This document shows, in pieces, positions 13,410-27,630 of a stretch of DNA of 64,000 nucleotides. The stretch is from positions 18,401,441-18,465,440 of the forward strand of contig NC_068987.1 in the NCBI RefSeq assembly GCF_001194135.2. The letters run 5' to 3'. The notes under the pieces are model-generated. The model searched no databases. It was not told the DNA's origin and saw only the letters and a list, made by a program, of their open reading frames with translations. A program made the position numbers and the translations under genes. The stretch is from Octopus bimaculoides. Taxonomy: Eukaryota. The first letter of the stretch is position 1, and every line of letters starts with the position of its first letter.

Positions 13410-13806
13410 TACTTGTAAACATTAACCATATATATGTATATATATATATATGTTAATCTGGAATATTTCAATGAAATTGTACTTTGTAAAAGATATTACT
13501 TTTACAACATATTTTTCCATATAGTATTTTTTTTTCCTGTAGATCCTTCAATTCTTTAGTAAACAGGTGTATTGTTATAAAAACCATTATTGTTTTGTGT
13601 TATATCTGAAAAAAAAAACTATATGTATCAATGTGTTTATTTCAGTGTTTCCTGCTCATTAGACTTGACATGTTTACAAATTGGCAAGTAGAACTGTTGT
13701 AGATTTCACTTTTTATAAGTGAAATCTCTTAGGAAATATTCTGCCCATACAAAGAAGTGCTTCAGTTATTTCTGGTAAAATAATGAAGAATATAGGGGAC
13801 CTATTG

Positions 13807-14045
13807 TGGAGGTGCATAGCATAAGTGGTTAGGGTGTTTGAACTCATGATCATAAGATTGTGGTTTCAATTCCCGAACTGGGCAATGTGTTATGTTCTTG
13901 AGCAAAACACTTCATTTCATGTTGCTCCAATCCACTCACCTGGCAAAAATGAGTAACCCTGCAATGGATCATTGTCCCATCCAAGGAGGAATATACACAC
14001 CAGAGAAACCAATAAACTGGCTTTGTGCTCCTTATGGAATAATAT
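13807..14045 (+). mobile_element. tRNA-derived SINE with CORE-like central domain
   Basis: tRNA-like head, then TTCTTGAGCAAAACACTTCATTTCATGTTGCTCCA. Relatives at 20990-21165 (-) and 37195-37515 (+). Confidence 0.65.
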
Positions 14046-14434
14046 GGACTAACCATAGGGGACTTAGTAATAAAATTAATAACTTATTTTTTATTTTTGT
14101 GGAAGAGATATTCAAGTTATTTTAATAACACACAAAGCTGTTAAATTTGCTTTATACCTCTAGCATTTAAACCAGCCAGATCCAGCCTCTCACACCAACC
14201 CTACAATGTCATTCTAAAAATAAAATAATCACATCATTGAAATCTTGAAGCTACAAGATGATGCATGATTAATTCAAGACGAGCATTGCTGTTGACATAG
14301 TAATCTGAATGCCAAAGGGTTAAATTTAATTTTTATTTTATAAGGTGTTAACAAAAGCATCCAGTTGTAGAATCTATGCCAAAGCAAACACTGGAGCTCA
14401 TTGAAGTCCTCTGGTTCATCAGATCCTGTTTTAA

Positions 14435-14716
14435 CCCTTTAACATTTAATTCTGCCATATCTGGCCCAATTATTCTTTCTATTTTATGTTAAAAGTGACC
14501 AGATCCAACTTCTCACACCTACCCTACAATGTTGTTCTAAAAATAGGCGTAGGAGTGTCTGTGTGGTAAGTAGCTTGCTTCCCAACCACATGGTTCCGGG
14601 TTCAGTCCTATTGCGTGACACCTTGGGCAAATGTCTTCTACTATAGCCTCGGGCCGACCAAAGCCTTGTGAGTGAATTTGGTAGACGGAAACTGAAAGAA
14701 GCCCATCATATATATG

Positions 14717-14747
<31 letters not shown>

Positions 14748-15062
14748 GTGTGTGTGTGTATGTTTGTGTTTGTCCCCCAACATCGCTTGACGACTGATGC
14801 TGGTGTGTTTACATCTCTGTAAACCTAGCGGTTCAGCAAAAGAGGCCAATAGAATAAGTACTAGGCTTACAAAGAATAAGTCCTGGGGTCGATTTGCTCG
14901 ACTAAAGGTGGTGCTCCAGCATGGCTGCAGTCAAATGACTGAAACAAGTAAAGAGTAAATACATCATTGAAATCTTGAAGCTACAAGATAATGCATGATT
15001 AATTCAAAACAATGTGAATAAATAAGCATTACATTTGGCAGAGTAATCTGAATGATAAAGGG
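14435..15062. mobile_element. piggyBac-like MITE (TTAA|CCC...GGG|TTAA) with a family-A SINE nested at 14546-14956
   Basis: TTAA at 14431-14434 and 15063-15066, CCCTTT/AAAGGG termini. Uninterrupted relatives near 4046, 5990, 14155 and 46333. Confidence 0.75.
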
Positions 15063-16740
15063 TTAAAATGATGTAAATTAACACCTTCCAAATGCAGTAA
15101 GCTGGCAGAATCATTAGCACACAGGACAAAATGTTTAGCAGCAGTTCAAATTCCACCACAATAGATTTTGCCTTTTTTCGTTTTGGGGATCAATAAAATA
15201 AGTACTGGGGTTAATGTAATCAACTAGCCCTTCCCTTCCCTTGAAATTCAAGCCTTGGGCCTGTAGTAGAAAGAAATTAAAACTTTTCATCAAAATTTTA
15301 TGTCAGTTAATTAACCTTACAGCAGGTTAATAACGACAAAGGCATTTTACAAAAATTGCTCATTATTTTCAAAATTAATTGAAGCAAAGGCAGTGTATTT
15401 CATTGAAATATGGCAACAAAAGGGTTATAGTGATCAGAAGTAAAACTTTCCATCAAAATTTCATGTCAAAATTCCAAACATCAGCTTAAGCATGCCTAAA
15501 GTATTTTACAAAATTTTTTTGAAGTGAAGGCAGTATATTTAAACATAAATGTGGTAACAAAAGGGTTAAGCTGATGTTCGGAATATAACTAAGCAAAAAT
15601 ATCCTTATATGAAATTATGAAGGAAAGTTTTAAAATTTAGACATGAACACACTTGAAAATTGACAGTTTTATACCAGGTGAGTTGGTACGAATATTGTTG
15701 AAGATGAAATCAATACATTACACACAATAGTCATCTGAATGCTAAAGTGTTAAGGTAGTAGAGGGGTGTGATTTAAGAGAGCTTTGGTTGCTATGAGCGA
15801 CTCAACCAAACTGAGGTTCTCCCCATGACTTGAACTCATATCAATATTGACCTCACAAGTGGCCAGTACCATACAACAAAAGATAAGTTTTCAGCAAATC
15901 TAGAAATTTGGGTTCAATTTCTGATGATACAACTCTGTTCCTTTATGCTGTTGTTATACATGAGAAGTGATGGAAGAAAGCCATCATGAAATTTTATGTG
16001 TTCTATTCTCTTCCCTTGTGAATTTATATCTTTGTATCTAAACAACCAATCTTGAGCTTACAACAGAATATTTTGTCTGATAGTTGTCTCCTCCTCTCAC
16101 ACACACATTCACATGCATACACACACAGTTTTAACCCCTTTGAAACTGTATGAGACCACCCTGGGTTTAAAGACACAAACTTCCTGTTTTAAAATGATCA
16201 AAATTAAGACCTTCCCTCAAAATTTCATGCTGGTTTATGTTCAAAATAGTTATTTTGCTAAATTCTTCATTATTTTCAAAATTTATTGAAACGAACAAAG
16301 AGTATTTCAATAGAAATATGTTAACAAAAGGGTTAAAGTGATCTAAATTTAAACCATATCAAAATTTTATGTTTTTGTTCCAGATTAACAATGACAAAGT
16401 TATTTTACTAAATTCTCCATTATTTTCAAAATTGAAACAAAGTGTATTTCAATAAAAATTATGATAATAAAAAAGTTAAGCCTACCACTATCAGCAGAGT
16501 GGAAGAAACAGTAAAGTGTCAAACTAAATGTCTTGTATTATGTTTTCCCCCAAACATTCTGTGTTGTTATTGTGTAGCAGGTCAGTTACGACTAAGAAAA
16601 CCCATGGCATGCAGGTAACCAACCTAACAACTAGGCATGGCAGTGGCAAAGACCTGTTCTAGTTATACCTTACCAATATGGCTAAGTTGAGAGTAGAATT
16701 GAATACCTGTGACTTGCTGAGATGAATTATGTTGGGGGTA

Positions 16741-17150
16741 AAGTGTGACACTTTGAACGTGTTACATTCTCTCCAATATCCAGTCATTTTCTGTTGAAGA
16801 CAAAGTTTGACAGCTATTTCTGTATTGGATGAAGTATGACATCTTGAACTTGTATTTTTGCCAATGTCCAGTCAATTTGCAGGGTGAAGTGTGACGGTTT
16901 AGACTTGTTGCCTTCTTTCCACTGTCATTTCAATAGAGGGTGAAGTGTGGCAGCTTAGATTTGTTACATTCTGTACACTGTTCAGCCAATTTCTGAATAG
17001 AGCAAAGTGTGACAGCTTGGACTTGTTACAATCTCTTCCTTATCCAATCAATTTCTGTGGAAGACGAAGTGTGACAGCTTGGACTTGTTACATTGTCTCC
17101 CCTGTCAAGTCAATTTCTGTAGAGGGCAAAACATGACTGTTTGGACTCTT
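16741..17150 (+). repeat. Degenerate minisatellite, unit about 60 bp
   Basis: AAGTGTGACAGCTTGGACTTGTTAC-like motif recurs about 7-8 times, mostly at 56-63 bp spacing. Confidence 0.7.
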
Positions 17151-17380
17151 CAACTTATAGGATAAATTTCTGTATACCCTATACCAGTAATATATTAAAA
17201 TGAAACTAGTAAGTGGGTGTAAAATCTGATCATTGTTTTCTTTCCAAAATGTAACAATTGCTTTGATAAATTCTTTACAAATTTCTGGTCTTGTGCCAAA
17301 GTTAAAGAAATCAATATTTCTTTGTTGAAACTAACCATTGTTAGTAATTTTATATTGGTTCTATGTAAGTTCCAAGTTAT

Positions 17381-17420
<40 letters not shown>

Positions 17421-20400
17421 CATAATTCATAGTACTGTTCCTTTCTAAGTGTTGTATATAACAAACGAAAGGAAAATATTTTGAAGGTTTTGTATATTTT
17501 CCTCGCTTTACATTAATATCTCAAACAATGTGTTGGAAGACTGGAAAGAAAGATGGACATTATTATCGTTTTTTTTTTTAAACTTTTTTTTTATTTTTGA
17601 AAAAAAAAAATCATATAAGTTCTCCTTTTATTGAATAATGCTATTATTTATCCTGATAGGAAAAGAAAATTTCTTTCCAATAAGCAAAAAATATCAGCAC
17701 TAAAATATCCTTTTATTGGTGGTTTTTTGAGGGAACTTTTTTGGTTTGTTCAGTTTTAAAAAACTTTTTTTCTTTTGTTATTTTTTCAACAATTCTATGT
17801 TCTTTGCCCCCATCCCATAAACAAATTCTTCCTATTGCTGCAAGGGACAATTCTATTAAAAATTGTCAATATTGGCAAATTATATTTGACAAATGCTATT
17901 GAACAGGAATATATTTTTCAGTGACGTAGGTGCACAAGCCTGTTATTTATACATTTATCTATTTTATGTTGATAGCTGCTTGAAGCCAGTTTGCTTCACT
18001 TAGACCACTAATATTGTCTAGAAAGGCATGAACATCATATAATCTCATTCTCTCCCCTTTTAAGTTTATGGTGTAAGTAACAAAAATACATAGTATATAG
18101 TTTAAAAAGTCTAAAAATTTGTAAATGTTTTTAATTTCTTTAAATAAACTCAAAACAATGCTAGTTATATGAAATAATACAAGTTGATTGTTTGTACTAA
18201 TACTTTGTATTTCAATAATTTGAGGTTAGGGCCTTCTCTTCTGGAAATCTTTAGAGAAATGATGTTGTAAGATGACTTTTCTGTTCTGAAGTTGTAAAGT
18301 CGGCTTACAACACCATTCCTCTAAAGATTTTTAGAAAGGGCCTGAACCCCAAAATATTGAAATACAATCTAAAAGTGCTAACCATCGACTTGTATTATTT
18401 CTTATACTTGGCATTATTTTTGTCTTTATTAAAATTAAAATAAAAAGCATTAGACAATGCTTCATGTAAGTTATAAGTTGTTTTTTTTTTACTAATAAGC
18501 TAAAGAAGAAGAGATACTGGCTATAAGTTTCAGAGATGTCTCCCAGACTGGTGAAATGTATGTCTGATAGCCTGCCTAGACATCTGTAGGAAAATTCAGG
18601 TAGAAGATACCAAGGATCTAGGGATCTGCTCTGAATCCTTGTTGTCAAACCAACTCAGCTGAAGCCACTCAAGGACTAGGTGTTAATGTTAAACGAGGAA
18701 GTATATTAAGGCCACAGTACAAATTAAAAATGCAAAAATAAATAAATAAAAACAAGGAACACTGTCATGCAGTGTCATTGTAGCTGGTGTTAATATCACT
18801 GTCAAATTAGTGAGGTTTGGCATTCTTCTAAATTTGCATACTTCAACACTAATTATAAAATATGAGTCTGCTTTGTAAAATCTCTTGACTAATTATAGTT
18901 GTTGTTGTTTTGTACCCTAAGGTCAACCTTGATCAAAGGCATCCCGACCATGACCATCCAGTCTTTTTAGAAGTACGTAGTATTACATTGTCTAAAGATC
19001 CTGGCAGAGCTGTCCACACATGAACTACTAATACTACAACTACTAAAAATGAATGGAAATAGCAGCCAAATCTCACTCAGACTACATACTACCATCTTAG
19101 AAGCAAAGTTAGAACAAACATATTGCGTAATGTCCAATTAATGGCCCATCTGATTTCAAGTTTTGGCACAAAGCCCGCAAGGTTGATTACATCAACCTCA
19201 ATGCTCAACTAGTACTCTTTTTATCGACCCTGAAAGGATGAAAGGTAAAGGTGACCTTGGTGAAACTTGAACACAGAACGTAAAGGCAGACAAATTGATG
19301 CTAAGCATTTTACCTGGTGTGCTAACAATTCTGCCAGTTTGTCACCTTAATTAGTGGTCCAATTAATCCTTTTGATGACAAGTTGCACCCCTATTGTAAC
19401 TCCTGGCAAATTAACTTTGTTTCTCAGTAATACGTTGATTCTCAGGTCCCCAGTAGGTGCAGTTGTGGCAGTTAATTGAGCCAGTTAATGTATATGTAAC
19501 CTCATCACTCCAAATAATCTCTGTTGGAAAGTGTACACCTACACATCTTATCAAGCACCATTTGCAAAACTCCACTCTTCAGTCCAGATTATTTTCATTG
19601 AGAGTATGAACTATTCTTGGAATGTAACTTTTTCAATTACAGCACTTCAAATTGTGATGGATGATTGATTTTTGAAATTCCTGAATTTCAACAACATCAA
19701 CAGGGCATTTGCCGGTGGCATGTAAAAGCACCCACTGCACTCTCGGAGTGGTTGGCATTAGGAAGGGCATCCAGCTGTAGAAACTCTGCCAGATCAGATT
19801 GGAGCCTGGTGCTGCTATCTGGCTTGCCAGTCCTCAATCAAATCGTCCAACCCATGCTAGCATGGAAAGCGGACGTTAAACGATGATGATGATGATGATG
19901 TATATGTTTTGTTTGTTTTATTTGTATATATGAATGTATGTATGTCATTTGTGACATCTCTCATGCGTGCTATTGGTAACATGGAATCCAGTACAGCCTG
20001 TTGCATAGTCGGATCATCATCGACCAAACCAGCACCTCCACTAGGCTTCTTCGGTGAGGAGGGTTGCTAGAAACCCAGTAGGACTAAAAACAAAACTTGT
20101 CAAAAGGATGGATGAACCTAGTATATGTTCAATGACTATCTAGCAATAGCACAGGTACACAGAAATTCTAGGTAAGTGTCTGGCATGCTGGAAGACTACT
20201 GGGAGTGAAGTACCCCTCAGCTTTTGCTAAAGCATGTTTCTAGGTGAAGGTCACTCTGGTATAGAACCAGATGTGCAGGAAATGGTATTGAACATTTTGG
20301 GTAACTTTTGCTTGTGCTTGAGATTACTGTGATCCTACATTCCCGAGCCTGTGACCCACATTGGTACTGGGTACCTTGCCCTGGCATGACTCCATATCAT

Positions 20401-21275
20401 GTCAATAAGGTCTGTGAGATGTTGTGCAAGCCTTATTGGACCTAAAATTTTAGGTTGCACAATTGCCAGCCAGACGACTTTCTGATGCCCAGTTGAGTAG
20501 GAGGGCACTGCATTGAGCATAGAAGCCATGGGCGCGAATCTGGAGGGAAGCTGACCATGGCTCATGAACCCACTGCTGACATTTTGCATGGGCAATGGTC
20601 AGTGATGGTCTTCCTTGGTCACAAGTGGACAGCCATATTGTCTGTATATAATGGGCTTCTTTCAGTTTCTGTTTACCAAATTCACTCACGAGGCTCTGCT
20701 CAGGCAGGGGCTATAGCAGAAATTACTTACCCTAGGTGCTGTGTAGTAGGACTGAACCCGAGATGCTACAAAGTAATTTATCTGATAACACTCCAGTAAT
20801 TCTGTCAATCATCACTCTTGGATTTGCAGTTTATTTACTGACTCCAAAAGGATGAAAGTCAAATTTGACTTTGATAGGATTTGAACTCACGGTACCAAGA
20901 GCTGGTTCAAATATCACAAGACCTATAATCTAACATTCTAATTACTCTGCTTAATTATTAGTTTAATAAAATAAATAAATGCGCCCTTTTAAAGCCTAGC
21001 CAGGCTCATGGGCCCGGTTTCCCAGTTTCAATGGCGTATGTGTTCCCCAGCTGGACAGGATACCAGTCCATTGCAGCGTTACTCATTTTTGCCGGCTGAG
21101 TGGACTGGAGCAACGTGAAATGAAGTGTTTTGCTCAAGAACACAACACATCGCCCGGTCCAGGAATGTATATATACAGCTTTATCTACTTCAAGTTCCAT
21201 CATTAAAAACAAAAACAAATTATTTCACAACTTTCACAGTTTCTAAATTCTTACAACATAAGAATATATATATAT

Positions 21276-21308
<33 letters not shown>

Positions 21309-21803
21309 TATTGATTTATTGATTGAGCAAGTGAGTGCATGGGTGATGGATTAATATCCAATTTGGCTGCTGGAGATTGGAAGTTCACTGTTTATTTAGC
21401 GAGGGTTTATGTCCTTTTAGTTTTGTCCCTGTTCATTTTGACCATCTTTGTAAATTCTTTGATACTTCTATTTCTAGAAAATTTTTGGGTTTCTTTTTCA
21501 ATGTAGGGAGTTTGTTAGAGTTTTGTAAGGGAAGTATTGTTGAGGAATATTAGTTTTATATGTAGGTCTAGTTGAGTTTGAGGTTTCATGAGAATTCAAT
21601 TTCAGATTTGAGGCATGTATGTAATTTTAAAAATTGATTCTAATTACATTGTAATTCATTTCCTAAAACAATTGTTTTAAGATGGAAATAAAATAATCAT
21701 GATTTTTATTTTTTTCTAAAATTATTCATGTTTTTGTTCTGAAAATATTTCCTTGTTTTAACTGTATAAAGATACTGCTTTATTATTAATTGTAAAAATC
21801 TCA

Positions 21804-21844
<41 letters not shown>

Positions 21845-24800
21845 GTGAGCTAGCAAAATAATTAGTAGACCAGGGAAAATGCTTAGCTGTATTTCATCTG
21901 TCTTTATGGTCAGAGTTCAAATTCTGCTAAGGTTAACTTTACTGTTCATTCTTTTGGGATTGATAAAATAAGTACCAGTTGATGTAATCGACTTACCCCC
22001 CACCCACCCCCACCGAAGATGCTGGCCTTGTAACAAAATTTGAAACCATTATTATGATTTAGGCAGAAACCTGGAAAAATTGTTAGCACACCAGACAAAA
22101 TACTTTGTGGTATTTTTTGCAGCTTTTTTATGTTCTGAATTCAGATTTCACCTAGATCGGCTTTGCTTTTCAACCTTCTAGGGGTGATACAACAGGTACC
22201 AGTTGAGTATTGAGATCGATGAAATTGACTAGTCCCCTCCCACAAAATTTCAGGCCTTGTGCCTATAGTAGAAAGAGTTAATATTACTTCTTTTGTTAAA
22301 TATTTTCTAAATTAATCAAATACCCCTGTTATTGTATCAATATTATTTGCCAATTGTGGAAGTTGAGCTGAGAAAGATTTGCTTCTCAACAGCTAAAACT
22401 ATACATACATACTTACATACATAAACACCCACATATTGCATGTGGGCACACTCACACCAAGTCTCTCTTGGTTTTGGTCTGAAGCTGTAGCTATTTATTT
22501 TTATCTATTTTTTTAGTCTGCAGAAAGACTATGAAGATTACACAATGATATTCATCAACAGGGCTTATAACTCATTGATGGATTATACTTTAATCGTATT
22601 AAGTCAATTGACTTTATTTGTCACATTCCTACATGGAATAACTATGTTTTTCTATTGTATGGAGATTTGTATAAACTTTGAATTCATCAGTGGGAGTTTT
22701 TTTCTTTATTTTTTTTTCCTTTTATTTAAAAACCATATATAAATCTTCTTTCCAAATGCGAAGGCAATTAAAATTATGATTAGTTGAAAAGAAAGAAAAA
22801 AAAATGGTACTTTGAATAAAGTGTTATGTAAATTACCTCCCTTAGTTAGAAGCCAATGGAATTTATCTCCCTTGGAAATAGGAACTACATGTTGGCTAGA
22901 ATTCCCTCCCTTGGATGTATTAAAATATTGTTGATGTAGATTTCTTTTTTCATTTTTGAATAGTCAATTTTTGACTGTTTTGATGCCGCTTTGTTTAAAT
23001 CTATTCTATTAGCTGCATTTTAAGCAGCTGTTTATTGAATAAAGGCTCACAGTAATTCAGTTTTTGTTTTCTGTTCTTCAGTTCTATTTATTTTAGATTA
23101 ATTAGAATAGGTGTTTTCAAATTTCTTGTAGCCTTAGTAAATATACATTACCATACACTTTTCTTATCATCCAATCTTCATAATCATTATCATCATCATT
23201 AATCATAGGGGATTTTTAATAAGTGACAGTAATAATAGTAAGTGCTCAGTGATTTTTTTTTTTTCCAATGTTGGTCACCATTGAAATGATTATAGTTTAT
23301 ATTGGACTCACAAATCATAAAATGCAATACGTCTTTTAACCAACCATCTTTCATTAGAAGTCAGCTTAAATAATAACCCATTGACAGATAAAATAGATTA
23401 AGAAAGATAAAGACAAATATCGATTTGATTTATTCACTTAAGACTCTAATTAGTAATTAATCAATGACTAATTTCAATCATTTTCCACATCAAAATAATT
23501 TTTAATTAGTTTTTTGATGCTTCTAGCATTCTATATATTAACATATATCTAAGTAGTTTTGACATAGTTATCATGGTGATGATGATGGTGTTTGTTGATT
23601 ATTCTAATTGGTTAGACATGAAACACAAAAAGCCTAATGACATCATTGAAAAATCCAGCATCTCTTATGGATATTCCGGAAACTTTATAACATAAGGTAT
23701 TTCCCAAAACAATTTATTTAACTCATTTACATATCCAACCACTACCAGCTGGTATCAAATTCTGGAAACTGAAAATAGAAAAAAATCCCAATCTTTTTAA
23801 CATCTGCTTTTGTTTCAGTTTTCATCCAACCAAAAAATAAATAAATAAATCAAAAGAGAAAGTAAAAACTATTGTGTCTCATAGTAATAATGGTAATGAT
23901 GATTATGCAGAAATTAATAAAAGAAATACACCTTCTCTTTAACTTATGATTGAGTTCCCTTTTGACTGACAGGACATAAGTCAATCTGGTTGTATATCAG
24001 ATTTATATTCTTCAATATTATTTTCATTCAAACATAATTGATGCATGAAAGTAACTGAGTGAGAGACAGTGGCAGGCAATGAATGCCTGGGTCTGATGGA
24101 TAGTGGGGCTGCATTGCCAGATGCTACCATAGTTATACGTGCTGCTGCCCAACGTCAGAAAATCGATTTATTGAATTTTTTTATTTCCTTATTTTTTGTG
24201 GTCATAAGTCGAGAAGGTGTATACAGTATTCTACATTCCATTCTGTAGATCTTGGTTCTTTGCTGACTCAGAAGATCTATGGAATTTTTAAATTTAATTT
24301 TTCGTCTAGTCTAGACGAAAGTGGTGATGGAATAGGAGTGTGTACTGATGACCTCCACTACTTTTGTAATATCTAATATTGCATAATTTTTTTTGTGGTT
24401 AACTTACATTACTTACTCATTGATGCCCCCCAATTTTTTGTTTTCAATATAAGATACACACTTTCATTTCCCCCTTTATTTCATTGACTTGTAGGTGGCC
24501 TGTTCTCTCTGCCCCATTTACATTTTGAGGGCTTTATTTCTCCTTTTTGCTATTTTAAACTTCTTTGTTGCTATACATACCTAGCAATTGCAATGTGGAA
24601 GATACACAGTAGCTTTTCAAAAACAAAAACTTAACTTCACTCAAACATTTATTATCCAATGTCAAATCTTCACCGTGCTAACTGCCATCTCGCCACTGGG
24701 AGAGTTCCACTACATTCAATCCTTCTAGGATCGGTAAAATAAAGTACCAGTGAAATTGTCACAGTGACTAAGTTGCAGTAATAAAAATTTTGACACCAAG

Positions 24801-27145
24801 TAGTAAACAATAAAGTTAAATTAAATTAACAGTTGTTTTATGTTTTTAAATGGCTGATATATATCTTCTATTGTAATTGTTTTAGTTCCAACACATGGTC
24901 TCAGACCAAATCACCTGCCAGACAATTACATCTCTGAAATAGATAATATATACATACTCCATTTCTTCCTTTTTTTTTATGAAGATGTAATAGGATATAT
25001 ATATATGTATATATACTGTAAATTTTAGAGGTAATACTTGATAAGTGTAAGCAGCTACATATGCCGGATAGTGGCAGAGGTGAAAGAATATATTAAATGT
25101 AAATTGAAAACAGAACACAAAGGATATCACGGTACACGTGTTTCAAGCTTTATACACAAACTGTCATTATATATCTAATTAATGGGATTCTTAATAAAAT
25201 GATAGTTTCCTAATTTCAAAATTAAATTTAAAAATATATATAGAAAAGTAAACAATATGGTCATTTCAACATTCATCAACTTATCATTACTTCTTTTATT
25301 ATTATTATTCATTTTTGTTTTCAATCAAAAAATATAAAATCTGAAAAACCAAATAAAATGAATTGGAAATTTTGTTTCTTTTTTTTTTTTTTTTTTTTTT
25401 TTGGTATTATTATTGAGTACCTAAAAGGTGGCAAGCTGATAGAGTTGTTAGCATGCCAGACAAAATGCCTAGCATATTTTGTGTCTTTACATTCTGAGTT
25501 CAGATTCCACAGAGGTTGCTTTTGCCTTTTGGGGTCAATAAAATAAGTACCAGTGAAGCACTGGGGTTGATGTAAATACTGGCCTTGTGCCAAAATTTGA
25601 AACCATTATTAAGGTAGTAAGCAAGCAGAATCATTAGCAGGCTGAACAAGTGACCTGACTTTTCATCTGATGTCACTTTGTCCGATGATTTTTTTGTCCA
25701 ATTTTATATAAACTCTTCAGAAAACAAGGTAAACATCAAAATCAAATAATCATTGAGAATTTTATTGATAGGATTTGTCATTGGCCACAAAAATCATCAG
25801 ACAAAAAGATGTGGACGGAAAGACGTTTGACGAAGTCATGTCGGATGAAAAGACATAGCACCAGCTGGACAAAATGCTTAGAATTATTTCGTCCATCTTT
25901 ACATTCTGAGTTCAAATTCTGCTTTTCATCCTTTCAGAGTCAATAAAATAAAAACCAGTTGAGCACCGAGATTGATGATACACAGATTGCTTGCTGTCTC
26001 TCTCTCTCATGTATATAACCATTTTGTTACACATTTCTGTTGAAATATGCTGCCTTTGTTTCAATTATGTAGAATCTATATACACAGACATGGCTATGTG
26101 GTTAAGAAGCTTGTTTCACAACCATGTGGTCTGAGTTCAGTCCCACCGCATGGTACCTTAGGCAAGTGTCTTCTATTATAACTCCAAGCTGACCAAAGCT
26201 TTGCAAATGGGTTTCATAGATGGAAACTGAACAAAGCCTGTTTTGTGCATATGTGTGTCCCACCTCCACTCTTTGACAAATGGTGTTGGTTTGTTTACAT
26301 CGCGGTAACTTCATGGTTCAACAAAAGCTTAAAAAGGAAAAAATAAGTACTGGGGCTGATTTATTTGACCAAACCCTTCAAGGTGGTACCCCAGCATGGT
26401 TGCAGTACAATGACTAAAATAAGAAAAAAAATAAATAGATCATTTAGTAAAATAACTTTGTCATTATCAAAGTGGTGTTTGAGACAAATTAACAAAAATG
26501 AAATTTTGCTGGAAAAGTTTTAATTTAAATCACTTCAAAACAGGAAGTTGGTATCAAAACAGTTAATCCTTAATATCTGGATGATATACATGTATCTGCA
26601 GGATTTATAAAAATGAAACAACACAAGCCATTTGTCAGTGATATTAAGCTAATATCTAATAGCAGTGGATTGATAGAACCAGAAAATACAAAATGCTGAG
26701 TTATTTAGCTGTTGATTGTTCATGCATTTAGTCAAAATCCTGCCAAAGTCAACTTTAATTTTCATTCTTCTAGGGGTCGATAGAACAACTCTATACATCT
26801 CTCCTCCAGAAACATTTGTGGCTATGTGTCTATGTTAAAAAATTTAATACTAAACTGATACGATATGATATGCTGATATGTTTGATCATAAATAAATAAT
26901 TTTAATACATAACAAGTCGACACAGATTTATAAATGTGTCTATTATAAAAGTATCTTAGAGCATCATGCAGCATAAACATCCTAGCAAGGCCACAATTAT
27001 ATTTCCATTAAAAATTTATTTAAACCACAAGCTGTAGCAGTTGTTATCCTACTAAGAGTGTATGTTTCAGTAGCAGTCTTAATTCCATTGTTTGCAGAGT
27101 TTTCCTTTTTTCTTGCGTGTGTGTGTATGTGTGTGTGTTTCATTA

Positions 27146-27331
27146 TCACCAGAACGAATTGGAGAAATAATTAGCTGCAGTGCGTAACCAGCTTCCAGAG
27201 TAAAATCTGTTATTCGAGCTCTCGGTACGACAAACAGCTTTGTCATCAGCCAGCGGACTTTCAACATCATCCAAATAGTCGGGCCCATCAGTACTGACAT
27301 CAGTTTGGTCGCTGCTGCATGGCAATATAAC
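27146..27331 (-). CDS. ARMC1: ARMC1 last coding exon (VILPC...PDYLDDVESPLADDKAVCR...GSWLRTAANYFSNSFW*)
   Basis: TACAG| acceptor, 186 nt to TGA. Diagnostic C-terminus matches human PDYLPEDESP...DKAVSR...ASWLSTAANFLSRSFYW. Minus-strand AATAAA at 27015-27020. Confidence 0.93.
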   Translation of the reverse strand, partial: VILPCSSDQTDVSTDGPDYLDDVESPLADDKAVCRTESSNNRFYSGSWLRTAANYFSNSFW

Positions 27332-27371
27332 CTGTACATTGTATAAAGAAAAAAGAAATATATGAATATAT

Positions 27372-27630
27372 ACAGTTCTATATGGGCATATGGCGTAGTG
27401 GTTAAGAGCGCGGGCTACTAACCCCAAGGTTCCGAGTTCAATTCACGGCAGCGACCTGATTAATAATAGTAATAATAATAATATAATAATAATAGTAACA
27501 TCGTTAGGAATGAGAACCCAGGTTCGAAATTTCCCCAAGACACCTTACGAAGGCTGAAGGGTATATCAGCCGAAACGTTGTGTTAACAACAAACAAGATG
27601 AGGAGAAATATCCGTCAAATGTAAATAATG
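27372..27630 (+). mobile_element. tRNA-derived SINE carrying a hammerhead-like 3' module
   Basis: A-box TGGCGTAGTGG (27391-27401), B-box GAGTTCAATTC (27434-27444), (TAA)n linker. Exact 13-bp flanking direct repeat TATATGAATATAT at 27359-27371 and 27631-27643. Lies in the last ARMC1 intron, antisense to ARMC1. Confidence 0.8.

Noticed and set aside
13543-13566. Micro-exon-like segment after a strong acceptor (TTTTCCTGTAG)
   Set aside because: Weak donor and no host gene identified in 1-26 kb.
20040-20600. GC-richer segment with short ORFs, suggestive of an LTR/DIRS remnant (similar patch at 4920-5170)
   Set aside because: No RT, RNase H, integrase or recombinase motif is recognisable, so it cannot be classified.
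23950-24360. Protein-like short frames on both strands
   Set aside because: Interrupted by stops and lacking splice support.
27384-27455. Standalone tRNA gene (also the tRNA-like heads at 8131, 30358, 37195, 49043)
   Set aside because: These have A/B boxes but no complete cloverleaf, and each continues into a SINE body.
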